Shown piece by piece: positions 51,849-62,878 of a stretch of DNA of 64,000 bases. Made by a program: the position numbers and the translations under genes. The notes beneath the pieces are model-generated. The model worked only from the letters and a program-made list of their open reading frames with translations. It did not search any database and had not been told where the DNA came from. The first letter of the stretch is position 1, and the number at the start of each line of letters is the position of its first letter. Source of the DNA: Nitrospirota bacterium. Its GTDB lineage: Bacteria; Nitrospirota; UBA9217. Location: NCBI GenBank assembly GCA_035623825.1, contig DASPSR010000060.1, forward strand, positions 1 through 64,000. Direction: 5' to 3'.

Positions 51849-52382
51849 TTACCTCATAACGTTCTTGTCCAGCGCCGCCTTGATTGCCGGAGGATTGTAT
51901 CCGCGTATTATCGTACCATCGATGTCAATGAGGGGTATCGAAGTCGAGCCACCGCTTATCTTCTTCATTTCTGTTTTCATGTCCGGTTCTTTTTCGATAT
52001 CATGTTCTACCAAATTTGCTCCAAGCGAATGGATATATTCTCGTGCCTTCTTACAGTATCCGCACCAGTCGGCCATATACATAACGACGGTCACACCGCT
52101 ATAATCCCTGCTCCGCTTATTTTCCAAGGGTAGTGACGACTGGGTCGTACTACTATCTTTAGATGGGGGTAGATCCGCTTCTCTTTGGTTTGACCAATAG
52201 ACTCCATCGTCCTTCAGCTGCTTTTCTTTCACTGTTTCTCCGGCGGGGGGCTTATCAGTAAACACAATGTTGCCGTTCTTGTCCTTGTACTGATAGAGTT
52301 GTCCCCATGCTTTGGGCAGTGAGAAGGTCGTGAAAAAAATTATCAATATAATAGTTAATATGGAGTTTTTCACTTCGTGCAT
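51849..52382 (-). CDS. DUF4124 + glutaredoxin-like domain protein
   Basis: Signal peptide; YQYKDKNGNIVFTDKPP; WCGYC; SIP...IRGY. Confidence 0.85.
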   Translation of the reverse strand: MHEVKNSILTIILIIFFTTFSLPKAWGQLYQYKDKNGNIVFTDKPPAGETVKEKQLKDDGVYWSNQREADLPPSKDSSTTQSSLPLENKRSRDYSGVTVVMYMADWCGYCKKAREYIHSLGANLVEHDIEKEPDMKTEMKKISGGSTSIPLIDIDGTIIRGYNPPAIKAALDKNVMR

Positions 52383-52691
52383 TACAACTGATCTCCCTTA
52401 GTTATGGTCTGTGGTTAGTTGTTTCATACAGTCTAGGGGCGAAGCATGCATTCTTATCATCAATATCATGCATGCATGTTGTTAGAACCAAATTCTTGAA
52501 ACTTATCAATATTCTTATCGGGGTCCTATGACATAACTTTAAGAAAATATAAGAGGATTTAAGGAGTTTTTATTAGGCATGACCTTGCCGCTTCGATTTC
52601 CAGGATTTGCATATTTTAAATGTATTTCATTTATGGATAAAAGGCGACTCAGGCATGAAGAGCAAGATTGATCATCAACCCAAAGCTCCCC

Positions 52692-53696
52692 TTATGATAC
52701 CATTAATAAATAAATGATAAATAAAACATACAGCCCCCCACACGCTATAAGAACTCGTGGGGTTATCTTTTTCTTCGCCTTCAGGGTTAAATAACACATA
52801 AGCGAAGACGCGAGCGCAATGACTGCGGCGACCATCATCGGCCCGCGCAGATCCCATTTCGTGAACGCCACACCAATTGCGACCGGGAAACTTGATTGAA
52901 AAACCATCGCGCCCGTGATGTTTCCGAGCGCAAGCGTGTCTTTCCCGTCCTTTATCCAGATGATGCTGTTCATTTTCTCGGGCAGCTCGGTCGCTACCGG
53001 TGTGATTATAAGGGAGAGGAGCACCGCCGGGACCCCAGCCATATTTGATATATGGCTGACAGCTACTACGAAGTAGTGAGCCCCTACCACTATAAGCGCG
53101 AGGCTTATCAGTATTTGGAGCAGGATGAATCTCTTCCCGACTCTGTGAGATCGAAAGAGTCTCAAGAGGTACAGGTGGCTCAAGTCACCCGCTGCCTCGC
53201 CTTGATGCCGCAGTGCGGCATACAAATAGATGCTGTATGAAAACGTCAGGCCTAGCGCTATGGCCGTCCTGAAGCCCTGCCTCTCAACAAAGGTCGTCAG
53301 GACGGCAACGGTATAGATGATCATGAAGAAAACGAGGTCACGTTCGCCGGCGACAACATCTATTTCCAGCTCCCGGCTTCTCTTTCCTTTTCCCGCATAG
53401 TAGAAGACCGCAATGCCGGTCACGCAAAATGCGAGCGTTGCGAGCATGAACGGCGCGCCCGCAATGGCGCCGATGGCGACCTCTGCGTTTTCCTTGTTGC
53501 CCGAGATTATGGCTATTATGGGGATAGTAGTCTCAGGAAGAGCTGTCCCTACGGCGGCCAATATGGAGCCGGTGGCCCCGTGGGAGAGGTCCATTTTCTT
53601 GCCTGCCCACTCTACTGCGTTCGTGAAAAGCTCGGCGGCGAAAAGGATCACTGCAAGGCATGAAATTAAAAGAGCTGGATAGAGTATGTAATTCAG
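52692..53696 (-). CDS. Sodium:calcium antiporter (CaCA family)
   Basis: Alpha repeats GTALPE and ATELPE...GN; about 10 TM; start uncertain (CTG at 53696 or ATG at 53762). Confidence 0.85.
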   Translation of the reverse strand: MNYILYPALLISCLAVILFAAELFTNAVEWAGKKMDLSHGATGSILAAVGTALPETTIPIIAIISGNKENAEVAIGAIAGAPFMLATLAFCVTGIAVFYYAGKGKRSRELEIDVVAGERDLVFFMIIYTVAVLTTFVERQGFRTAIALGLTFSYSIYLYAALRHQGEAAGDLSHLYLLRLFRSHRVGKRFILLQILISLALIVVGAHYFVVAVSHISNMAGVPAVLLSLIITPVATELPEKMNSIIWIKDGKDTLALGNITGAMVFQSSFPVAIGVAFTKWDLRGPMMVAAVIALASSLMCYLTLKAKKKITPRVLIACGGLYVLFIIYLLMVS

Positions 53697-53883
53697 AACG
53701 ACTCCTGTTTGTACAAATTTTACAAAACCAACCGGGCAGTAGGAGCGCTCTTCGCAATACATGCCGCCCCAGAGCCATCAAGCGCTCGGGTGATGTTGAG
53801 CGATCGCTTGCCTGCATGCCCTCGATTACACCACGAAGTGGACTGCAGAAGATGGGAACGGCATCACTTGCGGCTCTGTGTCC

Positions 53884-54408
53884 TTACTTTGTGTCCGTAC
53901 AAACTGGGCCTAGCCACTTGGCCGAGAAGTTCATGTCTCCATTCATCGTGCGGCCATCGCCGGTTACAATTATATGCCCTGACCCCTTCACATTTTCGGA
54001 ATTGAGCGCCTCAATCTTAATAGTCGTGTCCATCTTCATGCCCTTTTCCGTGCATATCTGGCGAATCTCCATCTTGCTGCCTGTCGAAGTCAGGACGGTC
54101 CGAGTGCACGACTCTTTTTTTTCACTGAACGGGTCCTTGTTCAGATCCTTCTCAGTCACGCAGTGTTTATAGGTCCTCGTCTGCGGTCCCTGTGAGGCTC
54201 TCGCTTTCATTGATTCCTCTAATTTTGAGCGCTGTTCAGGAGTCAACTGGTTCAAGACCTCCGGTGATATCGGGGGAATTCCAGTCATATTTGTGGTTGT
54301 AGTTGCTTGCCAAAGGCCGGTCTTTACATTCAACGGCTTGATATCGCCACCCGCCAAAACGACAGATGCCGACAAACAAATCAGGCTTAATAAAATTATC
54401 TTGCGCAT
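53884..54408 (-). CDS. DUF3617 domain exported protein
   Basis: Signal peptide; KTGLWQ; four Cys ending AKWLGPVC. Confidence 0.8.
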   Translation of the reverse strand: MRKIILLSLICLSASVVLAGGDIKPLNVKTGLWQATTTTNMTGIPPISPEVLNQLTPEQRSKLEESMKARASQGPQTRTYKHCVTEKDLNKDPFSEKKESCTRTVLTSTGSKMEIRQICTEKGMKMDTTIKIEALNSENVKGSGHIIVTGDGRTMNGDMNFSAKWLGPVCTDTK

Positions 54409-54773
54409 TTTCCCCTCCTTGTCAGCGTGCACGCCGTATCTTGCATGAGTTCTACGAAACGTACTCCATCTGTTGTAAGTCCTCAGTATTTCGTTGAATC
54501 AGTTGTTTTAAAATTTCTTCCTGCTTGAATGCATCATTATCAGTATAGCTGACAATATTCTTAACCGCAAGAGGCGTCTATCTATTTGCATCCTGTTCAT
54601 CTTCATCGACGCCACCTACGACTGTGCACGCTGCGGACAGCTGTGACAAGCTGTGAAATCCAGTGACAATTCAACACCGAAAACGCCTGATACGGGGCGC
54701 TTGAGGAGCCCAAAGGCCGAAGCTCGTTCCGCGCTGGAATATGTAAGCGTCTGTGGAACGAGCGGAAATCCAA

Positions 54774-55079
54774 TCAGGATGGCTGCGGGCCTTCGTAGCC
54801 CTCAGTAATTACGAGATCGAGTGTCGACACAGGCAACCTAAGCTTGATCGCTGCCTGGTATTCCGGTGATCTCCAGCAATCGAGGGCGGCCTGATAAGTA
54901 GGAAATTCGATGACTATATTGCGCGTTCTGCTTGTTCCTTCCGGATTCTCGAATCGGCCTGCGCGCACAAGGAACCGTGCGCCATGTTTCTTGAACGGTT
55001 CGGCGATTGCTGCGACGTACGCTTTGTACTTTTCCTGATCGGCGATATCGACATGAACGATCCAGTATCCCTTGGGCAT
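54774..55079 (-). CDS. DUF1330 domain protein
   Basis: MPKGYWI, GARFLVRAG, VIEFP and SPEYQAA motifs. Confidence 0.88.
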   Translation of the reverse strand: MPKGYWIVHVDIADQEKYKAYVAAIAEPFKKHGARFLVRAGRFENPEGTSRTRNIVIEFPTYQAALDCWRSPEYQAAIKLRLPVSTLDLVITEGYEGPQPS

Positions 55080-55230
55080 AAATCTCTCCAGTAGTGCTAT
55101 GGCGCAATGAAGATTGCTACAACTAAATAAGCGCCTAGTTGGGGTCCTATTTGTTCAACGTGCGTTATTACTGAATTTGCTGTTACTTTATATACTATCT
55201 GTCGAGTTGACAACAATGCTGGCTAAATTC

Positions 55231-55719
55231 CTATTTCGCCCGTTCTAGCGTAATAATGCTCCGCTGCATCCCCTTTTCAGGCCAGTTAGGCATCACTCGC
55301 CAAGGAGTGAGGATTTTAAGACTGTTGCCATCCACCTTGAAAAAACGCGTCTGTTCAGTGCCGACCCATTCAGGATTCCAGGCAACTTCGACTTTCGTAA
55401 TCCACTTGTCTCCTTCTATGCGGTACGTACCTGTATATGCAACCAGACTGTTCAGCAGATCGGCACGTTCCTGAACGGATTTCGCCGGCTTCCGCCCTTC
55501 TCCGGTGAAAATGAAAAACACTCTTCCCTCGGGTGTGAAGATTACGTATCCCGTCGGGTCTTGTCCCATACTTAACTCTTTTTGGCCTGTCGCTTGCATC
55601 TCAACTTCGTAGGAAACCAGCTTCCATAGGCCGTGAACCTGCGTGCCGTCGTCAGCGAAACTCGGTTGCACCGCAATCAAAAGCAAAGCCAGGACAACCG
55701 GCCACTTAAACTTAAACAT
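55231..55719 (-). CDS. Lipocalin-like domain protein
   Basis: Signal peptide; GLWKLVS, AYTGTY and WVGTEQTR motifs. Confidence 0.82.
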   Translation of the reverse strand: MFKFKWPVVLALLLIAVQPSFADDGTQVHGLWKLVSYEVEMQATGQKELSMGQDPTGYVIFTPEGRVFFIFTGEGRKPAKSVQERADLLNSLVAYTGTYRIEGDKWITKVEVAWNPEWVGTEQTRFFKVDGNSLKILTPWRVMPNWPEKGMQRSIITLERAK

Positions 55720-55808
55720 GATGTCCCCCCCCTTCTGCCCAATGTGAAGGCGACCTAATTAGGTGGACAAATACATCGAATTGTCCCACGCCGACGTATC
55801 GGCCGCAC

Positions 55809-56873
55809 CTACTGTGCGTTCTCGAACACATCAGTGATGATGTAATTGTCGCTTATGCCGGCTCCGGCTGCGTTGGGTTGCTGATTTCCCGCTTTAGGCA
55901 GTCCATACATGGCCTCGAGTGTACGCAAGATATTCACGTGTGTAATGCCCTTGCCCTCTGAATAGTCACCGTGCTTGATATGAGCCCCGACAAATATCGT
56001 GACAATGCGGTTTTGAAGAAGGACGCAGTACGCGTGGTCGTGCCCCGGCTCAAGGCAGGTCGTTGGATCAACCAACGGATTTGTCAACCCCAAGTATCGC
56101 CTCTTGTCCTCGTTTTCGTCGAACGTTAGGATCAAAAGGCTGTTGTGGGTCTTTGCCCATTGAAAATAGGAATCGATGTTCTTCTTCAACCAGCGGTCGC
56201 CTGCCGGAATGCTTTCTTTGACTGGGCCGTCGTGCATGTCATTGACCAGGTTAGGAATGACAATGGCAATGGTGGGCAGTGTATCATACTGGGAAGGATC
56301 GGAAGGAAAGTCCGCAAACCTGAGGTTGGAGGAGGTCGAGATGGTCTTGCCGTTGGGTATATTGGCGAAACTGATCCAAGGAACATGTTTCCGTGCATAA
56401 AGGTCCTGTTTATCGCCCGAGAAACCGATTTCAGGAAGACTCTCGGAGTAACCTTTGAAAGAATGGCCTTTGTTGATCAATTGCTCGCCAAGATTCGGAC
56501 TCGTAAACGGATAGCGAGGATTATTTTTTTCAGACGGAATCTGGTCTGCGAAACCAATGGTTTGATTGTCGCCTGAAAACAGCCAGAAATAATTCCCCTC
56601 GCTGAAGTGCTCTTCTGCAAACATATGCGTGAAGTTAGCCCCTTCCTTCTTTAACACGCCGTTGATGTAAGAAGCGGCTAAATTGCCGATTATCTCGTCG
56701 TAATCTTTATTCTCCTCGATGACAATCACGATATGGTCATAGACTGGAAGACCAGCAGGCCAGACGAGGGTGACGGTCTCGGTAACCGGAGGCTGCCTCT
56801 CATGGGTACACGATTGCTGAAAAGGCAAGAATAACACGGCGATGAAGTAAAGAATGATGGCAAGTCGGCTCAC
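55809..56873 (-). CDS. Secreted phosphoesterase (acid phosphatase, alkaline phosphatase superfamily)
   Basis: HIVIVIEEN, HFSEGNY, KHVPW, NDMHD and TFDE motifs; GTG start after GGAGG. Confidence 0.85.
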   Translation of the reverse strand: MSRLAIILYFIAVLFLPFQQSCTHERQPPVTETVTLVWPAGLPVYDHIVIVIEENKDYDEIIGNLAASYINGVLKKEGANFTHMFAEEHFSEGNYFWLFSGDNQTIGFADQIPSEKNNPRYPFTSPNLGEQLINKGHSFKGYSESLPEIGFSGDKQDLYARKHVPWISFANIPNGKTISTSSNLRFADFPSDPSQYDTLPTIAIVIPNLVNDMHDGPVKESIPAGDRWLKKNIDSYFQWAKTHNSLLILTFDENEDKRRYLGLTNPLVDPTTCLEPGHDHAYCVLLQNRIVTIFVGAHIKHGDYSEGKGITHVNILRTLEAMYGLPKAGNQQPNAAGAGISDNYIITDVFENAQ

Positions 56874-57824
56874 GATCGCCTCCAATTGCAAGGTCGCATC
56901 AATTCCAGTGAAACTGTTGCTGTTTGAGAAGATCAGAAACTCCAATGTGCCAGGACGGATGACGACGAAAGTTACAGTAGAAATTTATCACTCCCGGACG
57001 TCCTAAAAGTGATATATGGATGACGCCGAATGGCTTGAGAAACCATCTGTTCGGCAGCATTTATCGAGCAAAATGTCAAAATGTTTGATGGAACTACCTG
57101 CAACGACTATATGCCTGATTAGCTGTCTTGTCAACAACAGTGAATGGGTATTTTCGGGGTACGGAAATCTAATCTGTGGCGATTCCCCGCCTATGTGAAC
57201 CCGTGGTTCGCCTTTGCGTTTACATTTTATTTCTTCAATATGGATCATTTCTGCCCAGCGTTGAGAAGGAACCTTCGACCACGTACCGCTGCAGACATCA
57301 ATCCCCGCCGTCAACAGCAATGAGAGCTCGCAAAATTCATTGAACTTTAACTTAAGATTCACACACCTGTAACATGACGTCGATATCATAAGTTTGATGG
57401 GCGAATTATTCCTGTCGTTTGGTCCTATTTCTATAAATGCAATTGTTCGAAACAACAATATTAGGAATGGTCACTCGATCATTTTTTGATTAAATTTGCG
57501 TCTCGGGAATGCTTTTGTATATTTGACGAATCGTCCTATCTTACCGTTTATGTCTTGCATTAGGGACCCCTCTAACCGGCTCAGATACGAAAGGAGGTGT
57601 AAATGATTATTAAACAATCGCGTCATTGCCTCCGGGAAATCGGGCGGACAGCCCAGCTTCCTGACAAGGATTAAAACACTACAACATGCATGAGAGCATT
57701 GACTCGATTGCACACCACACAAATCATCTTTCTTCTGGACAGCCGCTACATCGCCAGACACAATTCCGATGTTCTATGTGGCTCAAAAAAGATAATGCAA
57801 CATGCTTTCTAAAGGAGACATGCC

Positions 57825-59948
57825 ATGAATCGAATACTGATGAATTGCCTTGCGCTTGTTGTAGCAGTCTCTCTCATGATAACCCCCGTCATTCCGGCCG
57901 CGTTCGCCGAATCACCGGTCAAAGACGATACCCCATTGCACAGCGACTGGCAGGATCACCCATCAGTCACTGCCCAACCCTTCATCGGACCAGACATTGA
58001 AAAGTATTTCAACGATCCCTCGAGAGAGCCGAGGTTGTCGACGTGGGAAATAACAAAACTGTTACAGAAGCGTATCAAATATGTTTTCGTAATATTCAAT
58101 GAAAACCACTCATTCGATAACGAGTATGGAACGTTCCCCGGTGTGAATGGACTTTATTCGGACGGACAGAAGCCGCGATCTGCCGCGGAGACGCCTGGAT
58201 TCACCCAGACCTATATCGATGCCGGCGGATTGACTGTTTCGGTCCAGCCCTTTCGGATCGGACCCGACCAGAACTCCACGGTCGTCGATAGCGTCGATCA
58301 TTCGCATACTGGCCTGGCAACTAAAATCGACGTTGTTAACGGCGATGCGCAGATGGACAAGTTTTCCTATGATGAGTACACTCGCTTCGCAAAGAACGGC
58401 GGTGCGGCAAACATCGCCAAGGGTACGCAGTTTGCACGCCTTGTGATGTCGCATATCGACTGCGATACCATCCCGTTCTTCTGGCAATGGGCCAGCCGCT
58501 TCACGATCTTTGACAACATCTTTGCGACAGAAGACACTCCCTCCTCTCCGAATGCGATAGCAATGATCGCCGGACAATCGGGCGAGACGCAATGGGTCAA
58601 GCATCCGAGCACAACCGCCAATCCGACGGCAACCGGCACGACAGGCCCGCTTAGCGGCACAATCAACGGCGTGAACTACAGCGGCCAGACCGGGACCACG
58701 CAGGGGCCTCCGATCGTTAACGATCCCCAGCCCTGGTATGGGTCGGAGTTTGACGCGACGGCGACTGATCGGCAACCCTCGAGCCCGAAGGAATCCTATG
58801 GGCCCACCAACATTGCCTCGAACCTGACCTTCGCCAGCCTGCCGCTCACCTTCCAGGGCCGCGATATAAAGGAAATGATGGCACTGAACCTCAACCCGGC
58901 TTTTGACCTGGCTGACATCCAAGAAGACATCCCTTTCATCCATCATCTCAAGACGGAACCCGTCAATTGGCGTTGGTACCAGGAAGGTTACGACCTTGAG
59001 TCTACTGATGTCAATGGCATCGCCTCGCACAATGGCTATGTTACCCATCACAACGGGGCACAATATTTCGGATATATCGCAAATACTCCGAAGGTGAGAG
59101 ACAGCCTGCGCGGTCTCACTGACTTCTTCACCGACATGGCGGATAATAGTTTGCCAGATGGCGGAGTCTTTTACATACGGGGTGGCTATGCGAACCAAAT
59201 GGGGCTTTCGCCAGTGATCACAAATCCCACCACTACTGCTCCTGAAATCGCCGCCATTAATGCAGCGAAGTCCGGCGACGACGATCACCCGAGCTACTCT
59301 GATCGGCAGCTCAGCGAGGCAATGGCAGCGCGCGTCATCAATGCGATCGCCTCAAATCCGAGGATATGGGAACATTGTGCGATCATCATCACCTACGACG
59401 AATCGGACGGCTTTTACGACCATGTCCCACCCCGTATCCTTTCTTACGGTCCTGACGGCCTTCCGCTCTCTCGCGGTATCCGGATACCACTGATTCTGAT
59501 CTCGCCTTACGCACGCGTGCATGCTGTCTCGCATGTCGAGGGTGATCACAATGCAATTATCGAAACGATCAACACGATCTTTGGTCTGCCGGCCCTTGCC
59601 AGCTTGCCCGACGAGGCGCAGGCGCTCGCGAACGGCAATTCACCGTATTTCAACCAGTTTGCTCCCATCGGGTTCGAACAGAAGTATCTCGGGCCCCGTG
59701 ATATCAACAGTCAGATTACCGACAGCCTATTGTCGGGCTTCGATCCGAAGCGCCTGCTTGGTATCTCGCCACCCGTGCCTGCCTCGTTTGCGATGATCCC
59801 GGACAGCGTTGTTAACACGTTGCCGCACTACGGTGCACATGGCTGCCAAGCGATCGACATTACTCCGGAGGACGTCAGGCTGGGAATCGTCAACAACATA
59901 CCAGCCGGCTTTAACCCACTTCCCAGCACCTGGCCGGCAGCCAATTGA
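57825..59948 (+). CDS. Secreted phosphoesterase / phospholipase C family
   Basis: Signal peptide; ENHSFD..YG, PSSPN, DDHP, TYDESDGFYDHV and GIRIPLILISPY motifs. Confidence 0.88.
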   Translation: MNRILMNCLALVVAVSLMITPVIPAAFAESPVKDDTPLHSDWQDHPSVTAQPFIGPDIEKYFNDPSREPRLSTWEITKLLQKRIKYVFVIFNENHSFDNEYGTFPGVNGLYSDGQKPRSAAETPGFTQTYIDAGGLTVSVQPFRIGPDQNSTVVDSVDHSHTGLATKIDVVNGDAQMDKFSYDEYTRFAKNGGAANIAKGTQFARLVMSHIDCDTIPFFWQWASRFTIFDNIFATEDTPSSPNAIAMIAGQSGETQWVKHPSTTANPTATGTTGPLSGTINGVNYSGQTGTTQGPPIVNDPQPWYGSEFDATATDRQPSSPKESYGPTNIASNLTFASLPLTFQGRDIKEMMALNLNPAFDLADIQEDIPFIHHLKTEPVNWRWYQEGYDLESTDVNGIASHNGYVTHHNGAQYFGYIANTPKVRDSLRGLTDFFTDMADNSLPDGGVFYIRGGYANQMGLSPVITNPTTTAPEIAAINAAKSGDDDHPSYSDRQLSEAMAARVINAIASNPRIWEHCAIIITYDESDGFYDHVPPRILSYGPDGLPLSRGIRIPLILISPYARVHAVSHVEGDHNAIIETINTIFGLPALASLPDEAQALANGNSPYFNQFAPIGFEQKYLGPRDINSQITDSLLSGFDPKRLLGISPPVPASFAMIPDSVVNTLPHYGAHGCQAIDITPEDVRLGIVNNIPAGFNPLPSTWPAAN

Positions 59949-59970
59949 GGTCATGTAAAGTTAACAGGAT

Positions 59971-60008
59971 GGGTGGGAGTGCTAATACAGCCCTCCCACC
60001 CGCTTCTT
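59971..60008 (+). terminator. Hairpin after the phospholipase C gene
   Basis: GGGTGGGAG...CTCCCACCC stem; weak T tail. Confidence 0.5.
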
Positions 60009-60054
60009 AGGCCTTGAATAGGTCCATTTTTACAATATCATTCCGGGAGATGTT

Positions 60055-61029
60055 ATGCGTATTCAGTCAATCTTGTATGTCATGCTCTCTTTATTGTGCT
60101 TGAACTCAAATGCTCAGGCAGGGTCCGTCGTTGAACGGGTCAAGGCGCGCGGTTACGTACGTTGCGGCAGCGTTGAGCGGCCGGGTCTCGCTCGAGACTC
60201 TGGCGGCGGTCTATCTGGTCTCAATGTCGATGTATGCCGCGCAGTCGCGGCGGCGGTGCTCGGATCGCCTGATCGCATAGCATACCGTATATACGGGAGT
60301 CAGAAGGACTTCGACGCTGTTCGCAACCAGTTAGATGATGTTTATTTCCTCACCGGATCTGAGATCAACGAACAACAATTAGCAGGAAAGCTGGTGCCAG
60401 GTCCAACGGTGTTCATAGAATCCGACGCGGTAACGGTGGCGTCAACATCAGCTGCACACCACGTAAGCGACCTTGCCGGAAACAGCATCTGCTTCTTGAT
60501 AGGCAGCTCAGCCGAGCGCAGCCTGGAGTCGTACTTCGATGCCTTCCACCAAACCTGGTATCGCCGAGCGTTCTCCGAGGAGGGTGAAATGATCGATACC
60601 TACGTTGTGCAGAATTGCCATGCGCTCGCGGGCGAAATGACAACTCTGGCTGAAGTGCGCCTCAATCATGGTGTGAACCGGCTGCAGAGCCGCATCCTTC
60701 CTGAGCCGTTGACAGTCTTCCCTATAATGGCAGCAACAGGGACTGGCGACGCACAGTGGTCCGCGATTGTTGCTTGGACGGTGCATGCATTGATAAGTGC
60801 CGAAAGACCTGAAACGCGGTGGTATGCAGGAGGCGCCGGTGCGATGCCGATCTCCGCGCTGGAGCTCGGGCTGGACAAATCGTGGCAAGGTCGCGTTCTT
60901 GCGGCAGTCGGCAACTATGGAGATATCTTTGAGCGAAATCTCGGCAAGGGCTCCCCTCTCAAGCTTGACCGCGGCTTTAATGCGAACTATATCTATGGTG
61001 GCCTGTTTCTGGGTCCATTCCTCGAATAA
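60055..61029 (+). CDS. AapJ/BztA-like amino-acid ABC substrate-binding protein (orphan)
   Basis: Signal peptide; VKARGYVRCG, VDVCRAVAAAV and VGNYGDIFERNLG motifs. Confidence 0.8.
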   Translation: MRIQSILYVMLSLLCLNSNAQAGSVVERVKARGYVRCGSVERPGLARDSGGGLSGLNVDVCRAVAAAVLGSPDRIAYRIYGSQKDFDAVRNQLDDVYFLTGSEINEQQLAGKLVPGPTVFIESDAVTVASTSAAHHVSDLAGNSICFLIGSSAERSLESYFDAFHQTWYRRAFSEEGEMIDTYVVQNCHALAGEMTTLAEVRLNHGVNRLQSRILPEPLTVFPIMAATGTGDAQWSAIVAWTVHALISAERPETRWYAGGAGAMPISALELGLDKSWQGRVLAAVGNYGDIFERNLGKGSPLKLDRGFNANYIYGGLFLGPFLE

Positions 61030-61138
61030 GGGGTTCAAGGGTCACTGTCACTCATGGTTTCGTGCTATAAAAGTAATATTGCTTTGGAGGTCACCCGAGT
61101 CTCTTTGCCTGCCCGCGCGCGGCTACTGGAAAGGAACT

Positions 61139-62395
61139 TCATTGCGTAACAAGTCCGTCCATGAGCACTACCTCGAAATCCGACCCCTTCACGCTGCCTA
61201 GCTCGCTCACGAGCGCATCATTGTTCCATCGGGGATCCGGTGCGCCGCTGATGAACCAGCTGGAGCCGTTATCTGCCACAAACATACCGTAGGTCTTGAG
61301 TGCTTGGAGGACGGCCTTAGTCTCTGCGCTGAAATTTGCCGGGATAACATAGGAGGATTTGAGCCGCACGCGCATCCCCATGGGAGGCAGATTTGGGTTT
61401 GTGTCGCTTGATGCCCAATGCGTGGCTGGAGGGACGTACGCACGGCGCGTGGAACTGACCGTGAAGCGGAGGGCATGACGTATGGACCCGCTCGCTGCTT
61501 CCTCGTATCGTACAAGGCCGGGGAAAATGGGCAATCCAGCTGCGTCGGCACTTGTCCAGCCCGGCTGTACAGTAGGCCGCACCGTGTCTGAATCCAGATG
61601 GAAGATCGCCCCGCAGCTTGCCTGCCACGATCCGTTGCTTTGCGGGTAGGCGTTAGCCAGTTCATACAAACGATTCGTATCACGGTCAATGACCAGCACG
61701 TGCCGGTCTCCGCCGAATGCAGATCCGTCACCTGTCTGCCCCTCGATCGGAGCGTTCATTGGCACCGGATACGGGCCAGGGTCGCTTTCATCTCCATACG
61801 CAACAAACTGGATGGGTACAAACGGCTGGCTGCTCGTGACAACGATATAGGGAATGCCCATGATTGCTCCGTTGTATAATCCCGAACCGAAGTCCGGGTG
61901 TAGCCCTGCAGTGAGACCGATACTGCTTATGAGGGCAGCTGAATTTGTATCCACCGGGGCAGAAGAGATGTCCGTGTTCCAGGGGTTGTCTGCTGGGAAA
62001 GGAATTGCGCCGTTCAGATTCGCTCCTGCGCCAATATCTGCAGCACTCATATTTCCATAGGTAACCGTTAAACTGCCCACAGTGACGGTCACTGAAGCAG
62101 TAGAGCTTCCGTTTTTGTTAGTCGCAACGAGCGTATAAATTGTAGTTGCTCCAGGACTTATGGTTGTTCCGCTGCCGGAGGTGGCTACGCCATTCAAGGT
62201 TATTCCGGCTGCATCTGTGATTGTCCACGTCAATTGGCTTGACTGTCCTGATGCGATCACTGAAGGTGAAGCAGTAAAGGAGGAGATGGCGGGAGCGGCA
62301 GGGGCTGAAATCGCCTCATTGGAACCACTCCCATTACAGGCAGAAAGGGAAAGGAGAAGGATTAGCAAGATCATATATGTGACGTTTTTATGCAT
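61139..62395 (-). CDS. Lipoprotein with an Ig/PKD-like domain and an uncharacterised C-terminal domain
   Basis: Lipobox LSAC; ISSFTASP..LTW..YTL domain; GDRH, LYEL, WTSADAAGLP and YGMFVADNG motifs. Confidence 0.75.
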   Translation of the reverse strand: MHKNVTYMILLILLLSLSACNGSGSNEAISAPAAPAISSFTASPSVIASGQSSQLTWTITDAAGITLNGVATSGSGTTISPGATTIYTLVATNKNGSSTASVTVTVGSLTVTYGNMSAADIGAGANLNGAIPFPADNPWNTDISSAPVDTNSAALISSIGLTAGLHPDFGSGLYNGAIMGIPYIVVTSSQPFVPIQFVAYGDESDPGPYPVPMNAPIEGQTGDGSAFGGDRHVLVIDRDTNRLYELANAYPQSNGSWQASCGAIFHLDSDTVRPTVQPGWTSADAAGLPIFPGLVRYEEAASGSIRHALRFTVSSTRRAYVPPATHWASSDTNPNLPPMGMRVRLKSSYVIPANFSAETKAVLQALKTYGMFVADNGSSWFISGAPDPRWNNDALVSELGSVKGSDFEVVLMDGLVTQ

Positions 62396-62801
62396 TGATA
62401 AGATGTGTTATGGCTCGACAAAGCAGGAATATGTACTTCCACAGCAACCTGTGGGGGACCGCAAATTACCCAAAAACAATTTCAGCTGCTAGCCACTTTG
62501 AGACTGCAAAATTCTGCTGATAAATTGCAGTAAAGGGCCACGAGACAAATCGAACCGTATGCTTATTGGAGTATAAGGGACATCCCGGTATGAATCTGTG
62601 ACTATGATTACATTTTTTAAATGTTCCTTATACTCCACATGCGCGAACCTGAAATAATAAATTCAAACTGATACAACGCATAGACAGGCGGTTGGCCTAT
62701 GCAGTGTTCTCATGTGAGCATAGTATCAATAATCGTCAACAGTTCAGAATGGACTCTACGACAAGAGTGACAAATAATCAAAGCTCCCGGCAACCTGGGT
62801 C

Positions 62802-62830
62802 TTTACTTTTTAAATGCTGAAGAGTAAACT
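62802..62830 (+). promoter_or_regulatory. Possible sigma70 promoter for the OB-fold/nuclease operon
   Basis: TTTACT-17 nt-TAAACT. Confidence 0.4.
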
Positions 62831-62878
62831 TGACGTGATTCGTGAGCGATTTTCAGATTATGAAACTGGGAGGGGAAA

